Below are positions 56,729 through 64,000 of a stretch of 64,000 nt of DNA, one piece after another. The notes under the pieces are model-generated. The model was not told where the DNA came from. It made no database searches and saw only the letters and a program-made list of their open reading frames with translations. Position 1 is the stretch's first letter. Each line of letters begins with the position of its first letter. This stretch comes from Gammaproteobacteria bacterium (lineage in GTDB: Bacteria; Pseudomonadota; Gammaproteobacteria; Steroidobacterales; GCA-2729495): positions 4,347-68,346 of the forward strand of contig JAAERX010000042.1 in NCBI GenBank assembly GCA_024229935.1. The letters run 5' to 3'. The position numbers and the translations under genes were made by a program.

Positions 56729-58435
56729 TTGACACTGATTTTAGTGGCTACTATCGGCCTTCGTTTTTGGGGGCTTACATTTCAGAGTTACTGGTTTGAT
56801 GAGCTGTTCAGTGCTTGGGTCAGTAACCCCAGTAATTCAGCAACAACAGTGGCCAAGCTCACGCTTAAAGATGTACACCCACCTGCCTATCAATTACTGA
56901 TGTGGTTGTCATATCAGATATTTGGTTATAACGAATGGGCTGGAAGGCTGCCTTCAGCACTTGCTGGTATGCTGACGGTACCGGTGATTTATTTTTTAGC
57001 TCGTGAGTTGTTTAGCTCGCGTGTAGGGCTGTATGCAGCTGCTCTGGCTGTAACTAATTATTATTTGCTTTATTACGCACAGGAAGCACGTTCGTATGCG
57101 CTGCTCAGTTTTCTATGCAGCCTGTCTTTCCTGTATTTGCTGCGGGTAATAAATACGCCATCAAAAAGAAATCTTATTTTTTATATAGCCGCTACCTTAG
57201 CCTTGCTATACACGCATTATTTTGCTTTTGTATTAATGGCTGCACAGGGGCTGGTGGTCTGTTTTTATATTTATAGTACGGGCTGGTCTAATCGGCCTTT
57301 ATTAATGTATGCCGCAATTGCAGCGGGCACCCTTGTTGTAGCAACAGCACCACTGGTGCCCATCATTGCCAGAAAAGCAGCAATTAATAACTTTTGGATA
57401 CAGCAGCCCGAACCAGGATTCCTGATCGATTATTTTCAGAGTTATTTTCATTCTGGTGTAGTAGCGACAGTCATGCTGATTCTGATTTGTATTGCTGCTA
57501 GTGGGCTTTTTTTGAAGGCTCAGTCAGGTAAGGTCAGGTTTGGTGTTTTTGCGTTGCTGGTATGGATAAGCATGGGTTATTTTTTGCCATGGTTACGTGG
57601 CCTTATAGCTCAGCCGGTGCTCACAGACCGCAATACAATAATGCTGGTGCCGCCCCTGCTTATTCTGGCTGGCTATGGGCTTAGTCTAATTTCAAAGTTG
57701 TGGTTGCAGCGTTTAATAGTGGCCGGATTACTATGCTATAGCCTGTACGTCTTGTTTTTTAATCTTGATTATTATGAGCGGATCCGCAAGAACCAGTATC
57801 GGGAAATAACCCAGGCAATGAGTGCATTCGAGCCGGCATTGCCTGTGTATACGTTCAAGCAGAATGAAGACAAATATAATGTTTACTTTATTCAACAGCA
57901 GTCACCATTGTTAGCAGAAGATGCCATAGCATTAGGTGCGTTCTCTGATAAAGAGCAAGACATAATACCGCCTTTGTTCTGGGTGGCGGGTGGTCACCTC
58001 TACAAACCAAAGCCCGGCTTTGACAGGCAGTACGGGCTAATCGAGGTGGGTCGCTTTAGTTACGAGGGTACAGCGGCAGCAATGCTCTTGAACCCGGCTG
58101 CAACTACTCCGCTTACTTTAGAGAAGTCTGATGGTGAGCCTGGCAATAGTGGATCAGTTTATACCTCAGCACTATTACCCGAACACGATGCCAACTTGCA
58201 ATTATTAGTGACTGTTGATGAGGTGGGGCGTGCAGATTTTGCAGGAGTTATGCAAGTAGCGTTGCTTGCAGAAAATGGTGATGTCTTACAAAGTCGTACC
58301 CTGGATTCAGTAGCGGTACCAATAATACTAATGCTTGATTCGCTGCAAGGTGCAGTTAGTTTAAAAATAACACTGATGACTGATGAGTTTGTCCCTGTTG
58401 CCTGGTTGATGCCTGTGGGGTCGGTTTTACAGTAA
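56729..58435 (+). CDS. GT-C glycosyltransferase, family 39/83-like (ArnT / PMT-type, polyprenyl-phosphate-sugar dependent)
   Basis: It has LRFWGL...YWFDELFSAWV (acidic DE motif in the first periplasmic loop), HPPAY and YYAQEARSYAL, with a multi-TM N-terminal half and a soluble C-terminal half. The start is TTG. Confidence 0.7.
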   Translation: MTLILVATIGLRFWGLTFQSYWFDELFSAWVSNPSNSATTVAKLTLKDVHPPAYQLLMWLSYQIFGYNEWAGRLPSALAGMLTVPVIYFLARELFSSRVGLYAAALAVTNYYLLYYAQEARSYALLSFLCSLSFLYLLRVINTPSKRNLIFYIAATLALLYTHYFAFVLMAAQGLVVCFYIYSTGWSNRPLLMYAAIAAGTLVVATAPLVPIIARKAAINNFWIQQPEPGFLIDYFQSYFHSGVVATVMLILICIAASGLFLKAQSGKVRFGVFALLVWISMGYFLPWLRGLIAQPVLTDRNTIMLVPPLLILAGYGLSLISKLWLQRLIVAGLLCYSLYVLFFNLDYYERIRKNQYREITQAMSAFEPALPVYTFKQNEDKYNVYFIQQQSPLLAEDAIALGAFSDKEQDIIPPLFWVAGGHLYKPKPGFDRQYGLIEVGRFSYEGTAAAMLLNPAATTPLTLEKSDGEPGNSGSVYTSALLPEHDANLQLLVTVDEVGRADFAGVMQVALLAENGDVLQSRTLDSVAVPIILMLDSLQGAVSLKITLMTDEFVPVAWLMPVGSVLQ

Positions 58436-58495
58436 CCAGAGATAGAAAGGGTGCTGCAGAAAGACTGCATTACTTCGCTATAAAGTAATGAGCCA

Positions 58496-58523
58496 TAAAA
58501 CCCTGCCCAGTGTGGGGTTTTTT
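58496..58523 (+). terminator. Possible intrinsic terminator after the glycosyltransferase operon
   Basis: The sequence AAAACCC-TGCCCAGTGTG-GGGTTTTTT has only a short GC stem, so the call is weak. Confidence 0.35.
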
Positions 58524-58587
58524 ATTGGAGCTGTGACCAGCTAGAATGGATTGCAACAAATTAACCGTATGTATTAAAGAATAGAAA

Positions 58588-59373
58588 ATGACAAAAAAGT
58601 ATTATGTGGTTTGGCAGGGAAGGATGCCTGGAATGTATTCAGATTGGGATACGTGCCGGAAGCAAGTTGATGGGTTTCCTGGTGCAAAATACAAGTCATT
58701 TAAGACTTTACAAGAGGCAAAGGCAGCAATTGCTGGCGCTGCTATCAGTTCAGCTGAGAGTTCATCATTACAAAAAAAACCAAAGCCAGCTGGATCAGAG
58801 AAAAAATTGGTGCATAGCATGAAGACTTACACGGAGGATGAAATAACCGCTATGACCATTGATACCAAGATTTTTACTGATGGTGGTTGTGAGCCTAATC
58901 CGGGTGAGGCGGGATCAGGTCTTGCTGTGTATCGCGATAATGAAATTAGTGAACTATGGTTTGGGCTATATGAGCCCCAAGGCACCAATAACACTGCTGA
59001 GCTGAATGCTTTCAAGCAGGCGCTGATAATGGCGCAAGCAGAGATTGATGCTGAAAAATCAGTAGCAATTTTTTGTGACTCAAAGTATTCCATTCAATGT
59101 GTTACCCAGTGGGCAATAGGCTGGGAGAAGAAGGGCTGGAAAAAGAAGAGTGGTGAGATAAAAAATCTGGACTTAATCAGGGAGATGTTCGCCCTGTATC
59201 AGCTGCTAGGAGGCAATGTGCAGGTCTTGCATGTGAATGGTCATGTTGGGGTTGAAGGAAATGAGCTTGCTGACCGAATGTCTATGTTGGCTATTGAAGA
59301 AAAAAACCCGGATTTTTGCTCTTACCAGGACGAGCTTGATATTCCAGGAATACTGTCGATGCGAGCGGGCTGA
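58588..59373 (+). CDS. Ribonuclease H1 with N-terminal hybrid-binding (dsRHbd / caulimovirus-VI-like) domain
   Basis: The N-terminus KKYYVVWQGRMPGMYSDWDTCRKQVDGFPGAKYKSFKTLQEAKAAI is the HBD signature. After a Ser/Lys linker comes an RNase H domain with DEDD residues in IFTDGGC, NNTAELNA, IFCDSKY and GNELADRM. Confidence 0.85.
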   Translation: MTKKYYVVWQGRMPGMYSDWDTCRKQVDGFPGAKYKSFKTLQEAKAAIAGAAISSAESSSLQKKPKPAGSEKKLVHSMKTYTEDEITAMTIDTKIFTDGGCEPNPGEAGSGLAVYRDNEISELWFGLYEPQGTNNTAELNAFKQALIMAQAEIDAEKSVAIFCDSKYSIQCVTQWAIGWEKKGWKKKSGEIKNLDLIREMFALYQLLGGNVQVLHVNGHVGVEGNELADRMSMLAIEEKNPDFCSYQDELDIPGILSMRAG

Positions 59374-59432
59374 TAGCTGGAGGAGTGTTAACGCTGTAAC
59401 TTATTTATCTGTGTTTTGATAAAAGGTTCAGG

Positions 59433-59467
59433 CAAAAATAAAGGCTTACTGACAACAGCAAGCCTTT
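59433..59467 (-). terminator. Terminator hairpin downstream of tRNA-Arg
   Basis: AAAGGCTT (59440-47) and AAGCCTTT (59460-67) form an 8-bp stem. On the minus strand it is followed by ATTTTTG. Confidence 0.6.
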
Positions 59468-59474
59468 GCTTATT

Positions 59475-59551
59475 TGGCGCGCCCGGAGAGATTCGAACTC
59501 CCGACCACCTGGTTCGAAGCCAGGTACTCTATCCAGCTGAGCTACGGGCGC
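59475..59551 (-). tRNA. tRNA-Arg (anticodon UCG)
   Basis: The reverse complement reads GCGCCCGTAGCTCAGCTGGATAGAGTACCTGGCTTCGAACCAGGTGGTCGGGAGTTCGAATCTCTCCGGGCGCGCCA. It has a 7-bp acceptor stem, a D-arm AGCTCAGCTGGATAGAGT, an anticodon stem CCTGG/CCAGG with loop CTTCGAA, a T-arm GGGAGTTCGAATCTCTC, and an encoded CCA. Confidence 0.93.
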
Positions 59552-59562
59552 ATGTTGTTGTT

Positions 59563-59916
59563 CTATTTTATAGGTGTTTTATTGCCGCCGTCTTGAATAT
59601 TTACGAAACTGATCTTTGTGGCGAACAGTGCTGTTTGGTTAGATGCGGCTTCCTTTTCACCAAATACTTCTACCAGGTATTCAACCGAGGTGGTGCCTTT
59701 GCGGGCTTCATTAACTGAAAACCGCAGGATTTCTCCAAGCACTATCGGGTGTTTGAACTCAACTTGCTTTAGCCCGATGGTTACAAAGCAATTGTCCGGG
59801 TAATCGATGCAGGCTGTGATGTAAGCAAATTCATCCAACCACAAGAGCAAGTAGCCGCCAAATAGTGCGCCCTGTACATTCATGTGTTGTGGCTGTACTA
59901 GTTTGTGATGATCCAT
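59563..59916 (-). CDS. Hotdog-fold acyl-CoA thioesterase (YciA-like)
   Basis: The 117-aa ORF carries NVQGALFGGYLLLWLDEFAY and typical thioesterase hotdog strings (FKHPIVLGEIL, TSVEY). Confidence 0.78.
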   Translation of the reverse strand: MDHHKLVQPQHMNVQGALFGGYLLLWLDEFAYITACIDYPDNCFVTIGLKQVEFKHPIVLGEILRFSVNEARKGTTSVEYLVEVFGEKEAASNQTALFATKISFVNIQDGGNKTPIK

Positions 59917-59925
59917 TTTATATGG

Positions 59926-59945
59926 GGTGTCTTGCGTCAGACACC
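59926..59945. promoter_or_regulatory. Perfect 7-6-7 palindrome GGTGTCT-N6-AGACACC (candidate Crp/Fnr-family operator)
   Basis: It lies in the 77-bp divergent spacer between the thioesterase and the Crp/Fnr regulator. Its inner TGTCT-N6-AGACA has the 5-6-5 geometry of CRP/FNR-type sites. The half-site GGGTGTCT recurs at 59992-59999, over the regulator's GTG start. Confidence 0.45.
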
Positions 59946-59993
59946 AAATTCCTTTAATCGGGCCCCTATCTTACCTGTTCAGGTGGAGAATGG

Positions 59994-60746
59994 GTGTCTG
60001 ATACTCGAGTACAGATAGCTAAGTACATATACAATGACCGTATGCTTTTTGATGCCAGTACCGGAGATGTATTCCTTGATGTATTTGAGGGCGCACCGGT
60101 GCGTGAGCTTAAAGCAGGAGAAAACCTTGTCTATGCTGGGGCTAAAGCGGAACAGGTCTTTAATATAGTCAGTGGCACACTTATGGTGAGCCGTATAGGC
60201 AATGATGGCAGGCGCCAGGTACTGAGTTTTCTGTTCCGTGACAACTTTGTTGGGCTGAGTGCAACAGATACCTACTTCTTTTCCGTACAAGCAGTTACAC
60301 CTGCAACTATTGTATGCCTGCCTCGTCAGGCGCTGGAGAAGCGTCTGGAGCAGGACCCGGTGGCAGAGCGAGCGTTCCTTAATATGGTCTTTCGGGTTCT
60401 GGAGAACGCTCTTGATCTTGTTTATAGCCTTGGTCAGCGGACGGCTATAGAGCGTCTGGCAGTATTTTTACTCTATCTGCGGCATCGGCATTTACTGGCA
60501 GATAATTTGCTCGAAGAGTCCCCGGAGCTGGCCACAATCAAATTACCCATGTCGAGGCAGGATATGGCTGATTTCCTTGGTTTGAAGAAGGAAACAGTCA
60601 GCCGCAGCTTTACCCAGCTGGATGAACAGGGGCTGATTTCCAGGCCTGATAATTTTCATGCCGTTATTAAGGATTTGGCTGAATTACGTCGTTTGGCTGG
60701 CATCCAGGACTTCTCCTCACCGCTGCGGCTGGTTGCTGCACGCTAA
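59994..60746 (+). CDS. Crp/Fnr-family transcriptional regulator
   Basis: It has a cNMP-binding-like beta-roll and a C-terminal HTH (MSRQDMADFLGLKKETVSRSFTQLDEQGLI). There is no N-terminal Cys cluster, so it is not a classical oxygen-sensing FNR. Confidence 0.85.
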   Translation: MSDTRVQIAKYIYNDRMLFDASTGDVFLDVFEGAPVRELKAGENLVYAGAKAEQVFNIVSGTLMVSRIGNDGRRQVLSFLFRDNFVGLSATDTYFFSVQAVTPATIVCLPRQALEKRLEQDPVAERAFLNMVFRVLENALDLVYSLGQRTAIERLAVFLLYLRHRHLLADNLLEESPELATIKLPMSRQDMADFLGLKKETVSRSFTQLDEQGLISRPDNFHAVIKDLAELRRLAGIQDFSSPLRLVAAR

Positions 60747-60825
60747 AAAGTAGTGTCCGATAGCATTTCTAGGCTGTATACTTGCGCGCCCATAACAGCC
60801 CTATTTTGATGGAGTTACCAGAGCT

Positions 60826-61338
60826 TTGAGTGATCAGGACAACAAAATTGTAGACCTTATTCTACTGACCATTGGCATGTTAATAGCCGTAGCTGTAGTG
60901 ATATTTGTAATCTCCCGAAATATGGGTAATGAGACGATGTTGCAGATGCAGATGAACGATCCGGAAATACAGGCTGCTATTAATGAGCGTATTGAGCCCT
61001 TTGGCCAAGTTGTACTGGATGGTGAAATAGTAGCTGATGAAGCAGAGGTTGCAGCAGTAGTTGATGCTGAAGAAGCACCTGCATTGTTAACCGGGCCTCA
61101 GGTTTACAATGTCGCTTGCATGGCTTGTCATGGTGGTGGTATTGCAGGTGCACCCAAAACAGGTGATGCAGTTGTCTGGGCACCACGTATTGCAATGGGT
61201 ATGGATATACTTAATCAGAATGCATTAAATGGTTTACAAGGTTCAGCTGGTTTCATGCCGCCTAAGGGTGGACGTGGAGATCTTTCTGATGAAGAGGTTA
61301 TTGCAGCCGTTCAGTACCTGGTTGATCAGGCTAACTAG
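60826..61338 (+). CDS. Membrane-anchored cytochrome c5 (class I c-type cytochrome)
   Basis: It has an N-terminal TM anchor, an acidic linker, the heme motif CMACH and a downstream FMPPKGG (Met ligand). The start is TTG. Confidence 0.82.
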   Translation: MSDQDNKIVDLILLTIGMLIAVAVVIFVISRNMGNETMLQMQMNDPEIQAAINERIEPFGQVVLDGEIVADEAEVAAVVDAEEAPALLTGPQVYNVACMACHGGGIAGAPKTGDAVVWAPRIAMGMDILNQNALNGLQGSAGFMPPKGGRGDLSDEEVIAAVQYLVDQAN

Positions 61339-61348
61339 GTAGCTTTGA

Positions 61349-61373
61349 TTAAGGGTTTATGAAGAACCCTTAA
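61349..61373. terminator. Bidirectional hairpin between convergent cytochrome c5 and the 84-aa gene
   Basis: TTAAGGGTT-TATGAAG-AACCCTTAA is a perfect 9-bp stem, followed on the plus strand by TCCTTATTTTTG. It overlaps the stop codon of the minus-strand ORF. Confidence 0.55.
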
Positions 61374-61624
61374 TCCTTATTTTTGCTTTCAAGTGCAATA
61401 AGTATTTGGTTGATAAGCTGTATCTGATCTGTTTCAAGGGTTTTCTGTAGTGCATCATCTGGTTGAAATGTATCCACTGCATCCGGTGTAACAACACCGG
61501 CATCGGCCAGCACTGTCTCCAAAATACGTACTCGATCTTTGACGACCCATAATTCCTTGGTTAGCGTAATAAGTGCCTGACCAAGACGGTCAAGGTCCTC
61601 TGGATGCAGGTTATTGCTACTCAT
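61370..61624 (-). CDS. Hypothetical 84-aa protein downstream of the methyltransferase
   Basis: The ATG is 2 nt after the methyltransferase stop. The protein is acidic and predicted helical. I recognise no family. Confidence 0.5.
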   Translation of the reverse strand: MSSNNLHPEDLDRLGQALITLTKELWVVKDRVRILETVLADAGVVTPDAVDTFQPDDALQKTLETDQIQLINQILIALESKNKD

Positions 61625-61626
61625 TG

Positions 61627-62673
61627 CTATTTTCCTTTGCGGGCAATTAGTACAAAGGGGTACTGTTGTTCACCCAGTCCTTCCCATGTTGCCTCAGTAA
61701 AGCCTTCTTCTAGCGCCAGTTCAGCAAGATTGGTGTTTGCGTACTCACGCCAGAATGGATCACCACCGTGTTCCTGATTCCAGTAGTCGGCTTTCCATCG
61801 GTCATAATTATTATAAGAGTGATAAGCCTTTACATCACCTACAACAGCATAGCCGCCGGGTTTTAATACCCGCAGGTATTCACGAAGGTTGGCTCGTGAT
61901 GCACTGATGGGTATCTCATGAAACATGGCGTAACTTGTCACGAGGTCAAACTGCTCGTTCTCCAGCCCCAGTTCTTCGCCTGCTGCCTGGAAGAGCTTCC
62001 AGTTCAGATTGTTGCCATTGGCATAGCGTTGCGCCTGTTCAAGTTGTCGGGCACTAAGGTCACAAGCCCACAGCTCTGCATCAGGAAATAGTTCTGCAAC
62101 ACCCTGTGTGTACTGACCACTGCAGCAGCCCACATCCAGAATTTTTTGTGGGTTTATAAATGCGGCTGCTTCTGCAACACTTTTACGTACGGCATATATG
62201 ATGCCTGCAAAGGTTGGGTTAACCATATGGCGATGTATAAGTTCACCGTGTACAAAGCCCATATAATCATGGCCGTCCCAGCCCCCTTCTGATTTATGGA
62301 ATTCATACCCTTCCCAGTACTCGGGCGGTTGAATTGAGTGGTTGTATTGCAGAGTTGCAGGGCCTGTTTGCAGCCCCTTTAAGAGGGGCTCTACTTCTGT
62401 TCTGATTTCTTCAAAGGTTTCCATGGCAATTTGTCCATGCTGCTCCAGAGTCCAGTCACGACACATGCGCAGGAGACGAAATTCCGGCATAGCCTCCAGT
62501 ACAGGTGTGACAACTTCTTGTAGTTCTTCTGGTGTTTCTGGCAGCAGGTCAGATTGTATGCCGGCGACTTTTGCTTGCTGGTCAGTAAGCACTTCAAAGC
62601 GGTCGCTGAGTATACGCAGATTAGTAAGAAAATTAATTGAGGCCCGGCCACGCTGATGTAGATTATATTCCAT
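61627..62673 (-). CDS. Class I SAM-dependent methyltransferase with an N-terminal domain of about 170 aa of unknown function
   Basis: It has motif I ILDVGCCSGQYT, the post-I acidic CDLS, and motifs II/III FDLVTSYAMFHEIP and LKPGGY. Confidence 0.8.
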   Translation of the reverse strand: MEYNLHQRGRASINFLTNLRILSDRFEVLTDQQAKVAGIQSDLLPETPEELQEVVTPVLEAMPEFRLLRMCRDWTLEQHGQIAMETFEEIRTEVEPLLKGLQTGPATLQYNHSIQPPEYWEGYEFHKSEGGWDGHDYMGFVHGELIHRHMVNPTFAGIIYAVRKSVAEAAAFINPQKILDVGCCSGQYTQGVAELFPDAELWACDLSARQLEQAQRYANGNNLNWKLFQAAGEELGLENEQFDLVTSYAMFHEIPISASRANLREYLRVLKPGGYAVVGDVKAYHSYNNYDRWKADYWNQEHGGDPFWREYANTNLAELALEEGFTEATWEGLGEQQYPFVLIARKGK

Positions 62674-62787
62674 GATACGGGTGCGCTCTGATTATGGCTT
62701 AGTCAGAGTGTAGCTATAATCAGATGCCTGTGGGGGCATCAGGTAAGGCTACCCACTATGTGGTGCTTTAAACAGCCAGTTTATATA

Positions 62788-64000
62788 CTACGGTTCAAAT
62801 CTCAGGCTGAGTGCTTCAGCAATATGCGGCCTTGTTACAGCATGACTACCAGCCAGGTCTGCAATGCTCCGGGCTACACGCAGAGTGCGGTCACATGCTC
62901 GGTGTGACAGGCTAAATTGTTGCGCTGCTGTTTCCAGTAAAATTCGACCGGTTTTATCTGGCCAGCACCATTGTTGCAGTGCCGTTTTATTAAGTCTTGC
63001 ATTAGGGTGGCCACCGCGTTCTATGCGATAGCGTATGGCAGCGAGGACTCGCTTGCTGACCGTGGCAGAGGTTTCATTGAGGGTTGATACTTTCTGCAGT
63101 TTTATTTGTTCACGATTAAGCTGCAGGCAGATATCAATACGATCAAGAAAGGGCCCGGACACCTTTTCCTGATAGCGCTTTATCTGTGCTGGACTGCAGC
63201 AGCATTCCCGCTGCGGATCCCCGGTATAACCACAAGGGCATGGGTTCATGGCAGCCAGTAACTGAAAGCGGGCAGGAAATGTGAGTGTCTGGCGGGCTCT
63301 TGCTATCGCAACGGCGCCTGTTTCAAGTGGTTGGCGCAGGGTCTCAAGCACATGCCGGTTAAATTCGGGCAATTCATCCAGAAACAGGATGCCGTTATGT
63401 GCCAGTGAAATTTCACCGGGCCGCGGTACTGAATTACCACCAACCATTGCTGCTGTGGTGCTTGAATGATGTGGCGCACGAAACGGCCTGCATTGCCACT
63501 GTGGTAGCGGTTCACCTCGTAATGAGTAGATGGCGGCAGTTTCCAGTGACTGTGTGTGAGTTAATGGTGGCAATAAACCGGGAAGCCGTCGGGCGAGCAT
63601 ACTTTTACCCGTACCTGGGGGTCCGCTCATTAGCAGGTGGTGCTCACCAACAGCAGATATTTCCAAAGCTCTTCGTGCTGCTGCTTGGCCTGCAACTTCT
63701 GCCAGATCAGGTTGCTGAGCTGGCATTTTAGTATGGACTGCTTTTGCTATGGGTAGTGTGTCTTTACTGTTCAGGAAACTGGCTACTTCAAGCAGGTGGT
63801 TGGCAGATAAAACATGAGTACTGTTGAGCACCCCGGCCTCATGTGCACATGATTGTGGAATGATAATCTGGCGTCCAGCTTTAATTGCGGCCATTGCTAC
63901 TGGCAAGGAGCCTGCTACAGGGCGTAATTGACCTGTTAGTGATAACTCACCTATAAATTCACAACTTTGCAGCAGGCGTGCAGATACTTGTTCAGAGGCG
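62788..64000 (-). CDS. comM: YifB/ComM-family Mg-chelatase-like AAA+ ATPase (5' end beyond the window)
   Basis: It has Walker A LMSGPPGTGKSM, Walker B LFLDELPEF, a zinc-ribbon-like PCPCGY...CCC and a C-terminal helical domain. The reading frame continues upstream of the track's Met (…FIGELSLTGQLRPVAGSLPVAMAA, a Lon-protease-like N-domain) and is open to base 64000. Confidence 0.9.
   Translation of the reverse strand, partial: ASEQVSARLLQSCEFIGELSLTGQLRPVAGSLPVAMAAIKAGRQIIIPQSCAHEAGVLNSTHVLSANHLLEVASFLNSKDTLPIAKAVHTKMPAQQPDLAEVAGQAAARRALEISAVGEHHLLMSGPPGTGKSMLARRLPGLLPPLTHTQSLETAAIYSLRGEPLPQWQCRPFRAPHHSSTTAAMVGGNSVPRPGEISLAHNGILFLDELPEFNRHVLETLRQPLETGAVAIARARQTLTFPARFQLLAAMNPCPCGYTGDPQRECCCSPAQIKRYQEKVSGPFLDRIDICLQLNREQIKLQKVSTLNETSATVSKRVLAAIRYRIERGGHPNARLNKTALQQWCWPDKTGRILLETAAQQFSLSHRACDRTLRVARSIADLAGSHAVTRPHIAEALSLRFEP

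Noticed and set aside
49500-59551. A genomic island integrated at tRNA-Arg(UCG), comprising the glyco-cluster plus RNase H1.
   Set aside because: I found no integrase, transposase, phage or plasmid genes and no direct repeat of the tRNA 3' end by eye. The lower GC is a visual impression that might simply reflect membrane-protein codon bias. It is mentioned as something to compute, not claimed.
60747-60825. An FNR/CRP-type box upstream of cytochrome c5 (TTGAT at about 60805).
   Set aside because: Only one half-site (TTGATGGAGTTACC) is present with no matching inverted partner, so it is not distinguishable from chance.
1-64000. CRISPR arrays, IS elements or transposases, rRNA genes and classical defence islands (restriction-modification, CBASS, retrons, abortive-infection genes).
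   Set aside because: Scanning all intergenic regions longer than 100 bp and all ORFs of 60 aa or more showed no regularly spaced direct repeats, no DDE or serine/tyrosine recombinases, no reverse transcriptase, and no clustered nuclease, helicase or methylase genes. The window is mostly housekeeping synteny.

Overview
This is a densely coding core-chromosome segment from a gammaproteobacterium. Gene order and protein sequences are typical of that class, but the organism cannot be named from the sequence alone. I saw no rRNA, CRISPR array, transposase, integrase or prophage genes. Left to right the window contains: recG' (partial), ridA, spoT, rpoZ, gmk and yicC on the minus strand; a PP2C phosphatase, rph, rdgB and hemW; a DnaA-box trio upstream of rpmE; gltA; mrcA (PBP1A) divergent from pilMNOPQ, which is followed by an extra Ig-like lipoprotein, a strong terminator, then aroK, aroB, a dGTPase-like gene and pyrF; tesA head-to-head with ybbA-ybbP; a 2-hydroxyacid dehydrogenase and ppc; an orphan 430-aa protein with ribonucleotide-reductase-like motifs; an SLC13/TrkA-C permease; a complete trpL-trpEGDCFBA operon with a WWW leader peptide and attenuator hairpin; a decayed PEP-CTERM gene; a UbiD-family protein with a Tat signal; a GIY-YIG gene pair; modABC; a nitrobindin-like protein; a divergent two-operon envelope glycoconjugate-type cluster (flippase-like protein, two SDRs, a GMC flavoprotein, two GT-C-like membrane proteins, a periplasmic rhodanese); an RNase H1 with a hybrid-binding domain; tRNA-Arg(UCG); a thioesterase; a Crp/Fnr regulator; cytochrome c5; a small-protein and methyltransferase pair; and partial comM/yifB. 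The best candidates for something undescribed are four. The first is the GMC/SDR/GT-C cluster at about 49.6-58.4 kb. The second is the RNR-like protein that lacks the radical cysteine (33.2-34.5 kb). The third is the Tat-signal UbiD homologue (43.7-45.5 kb). The fourth is the Ig-like lipoprotein inserted between pilQ and aroK. All functional calls rest on motif recognition by eye and on synteny; no database search was possible.
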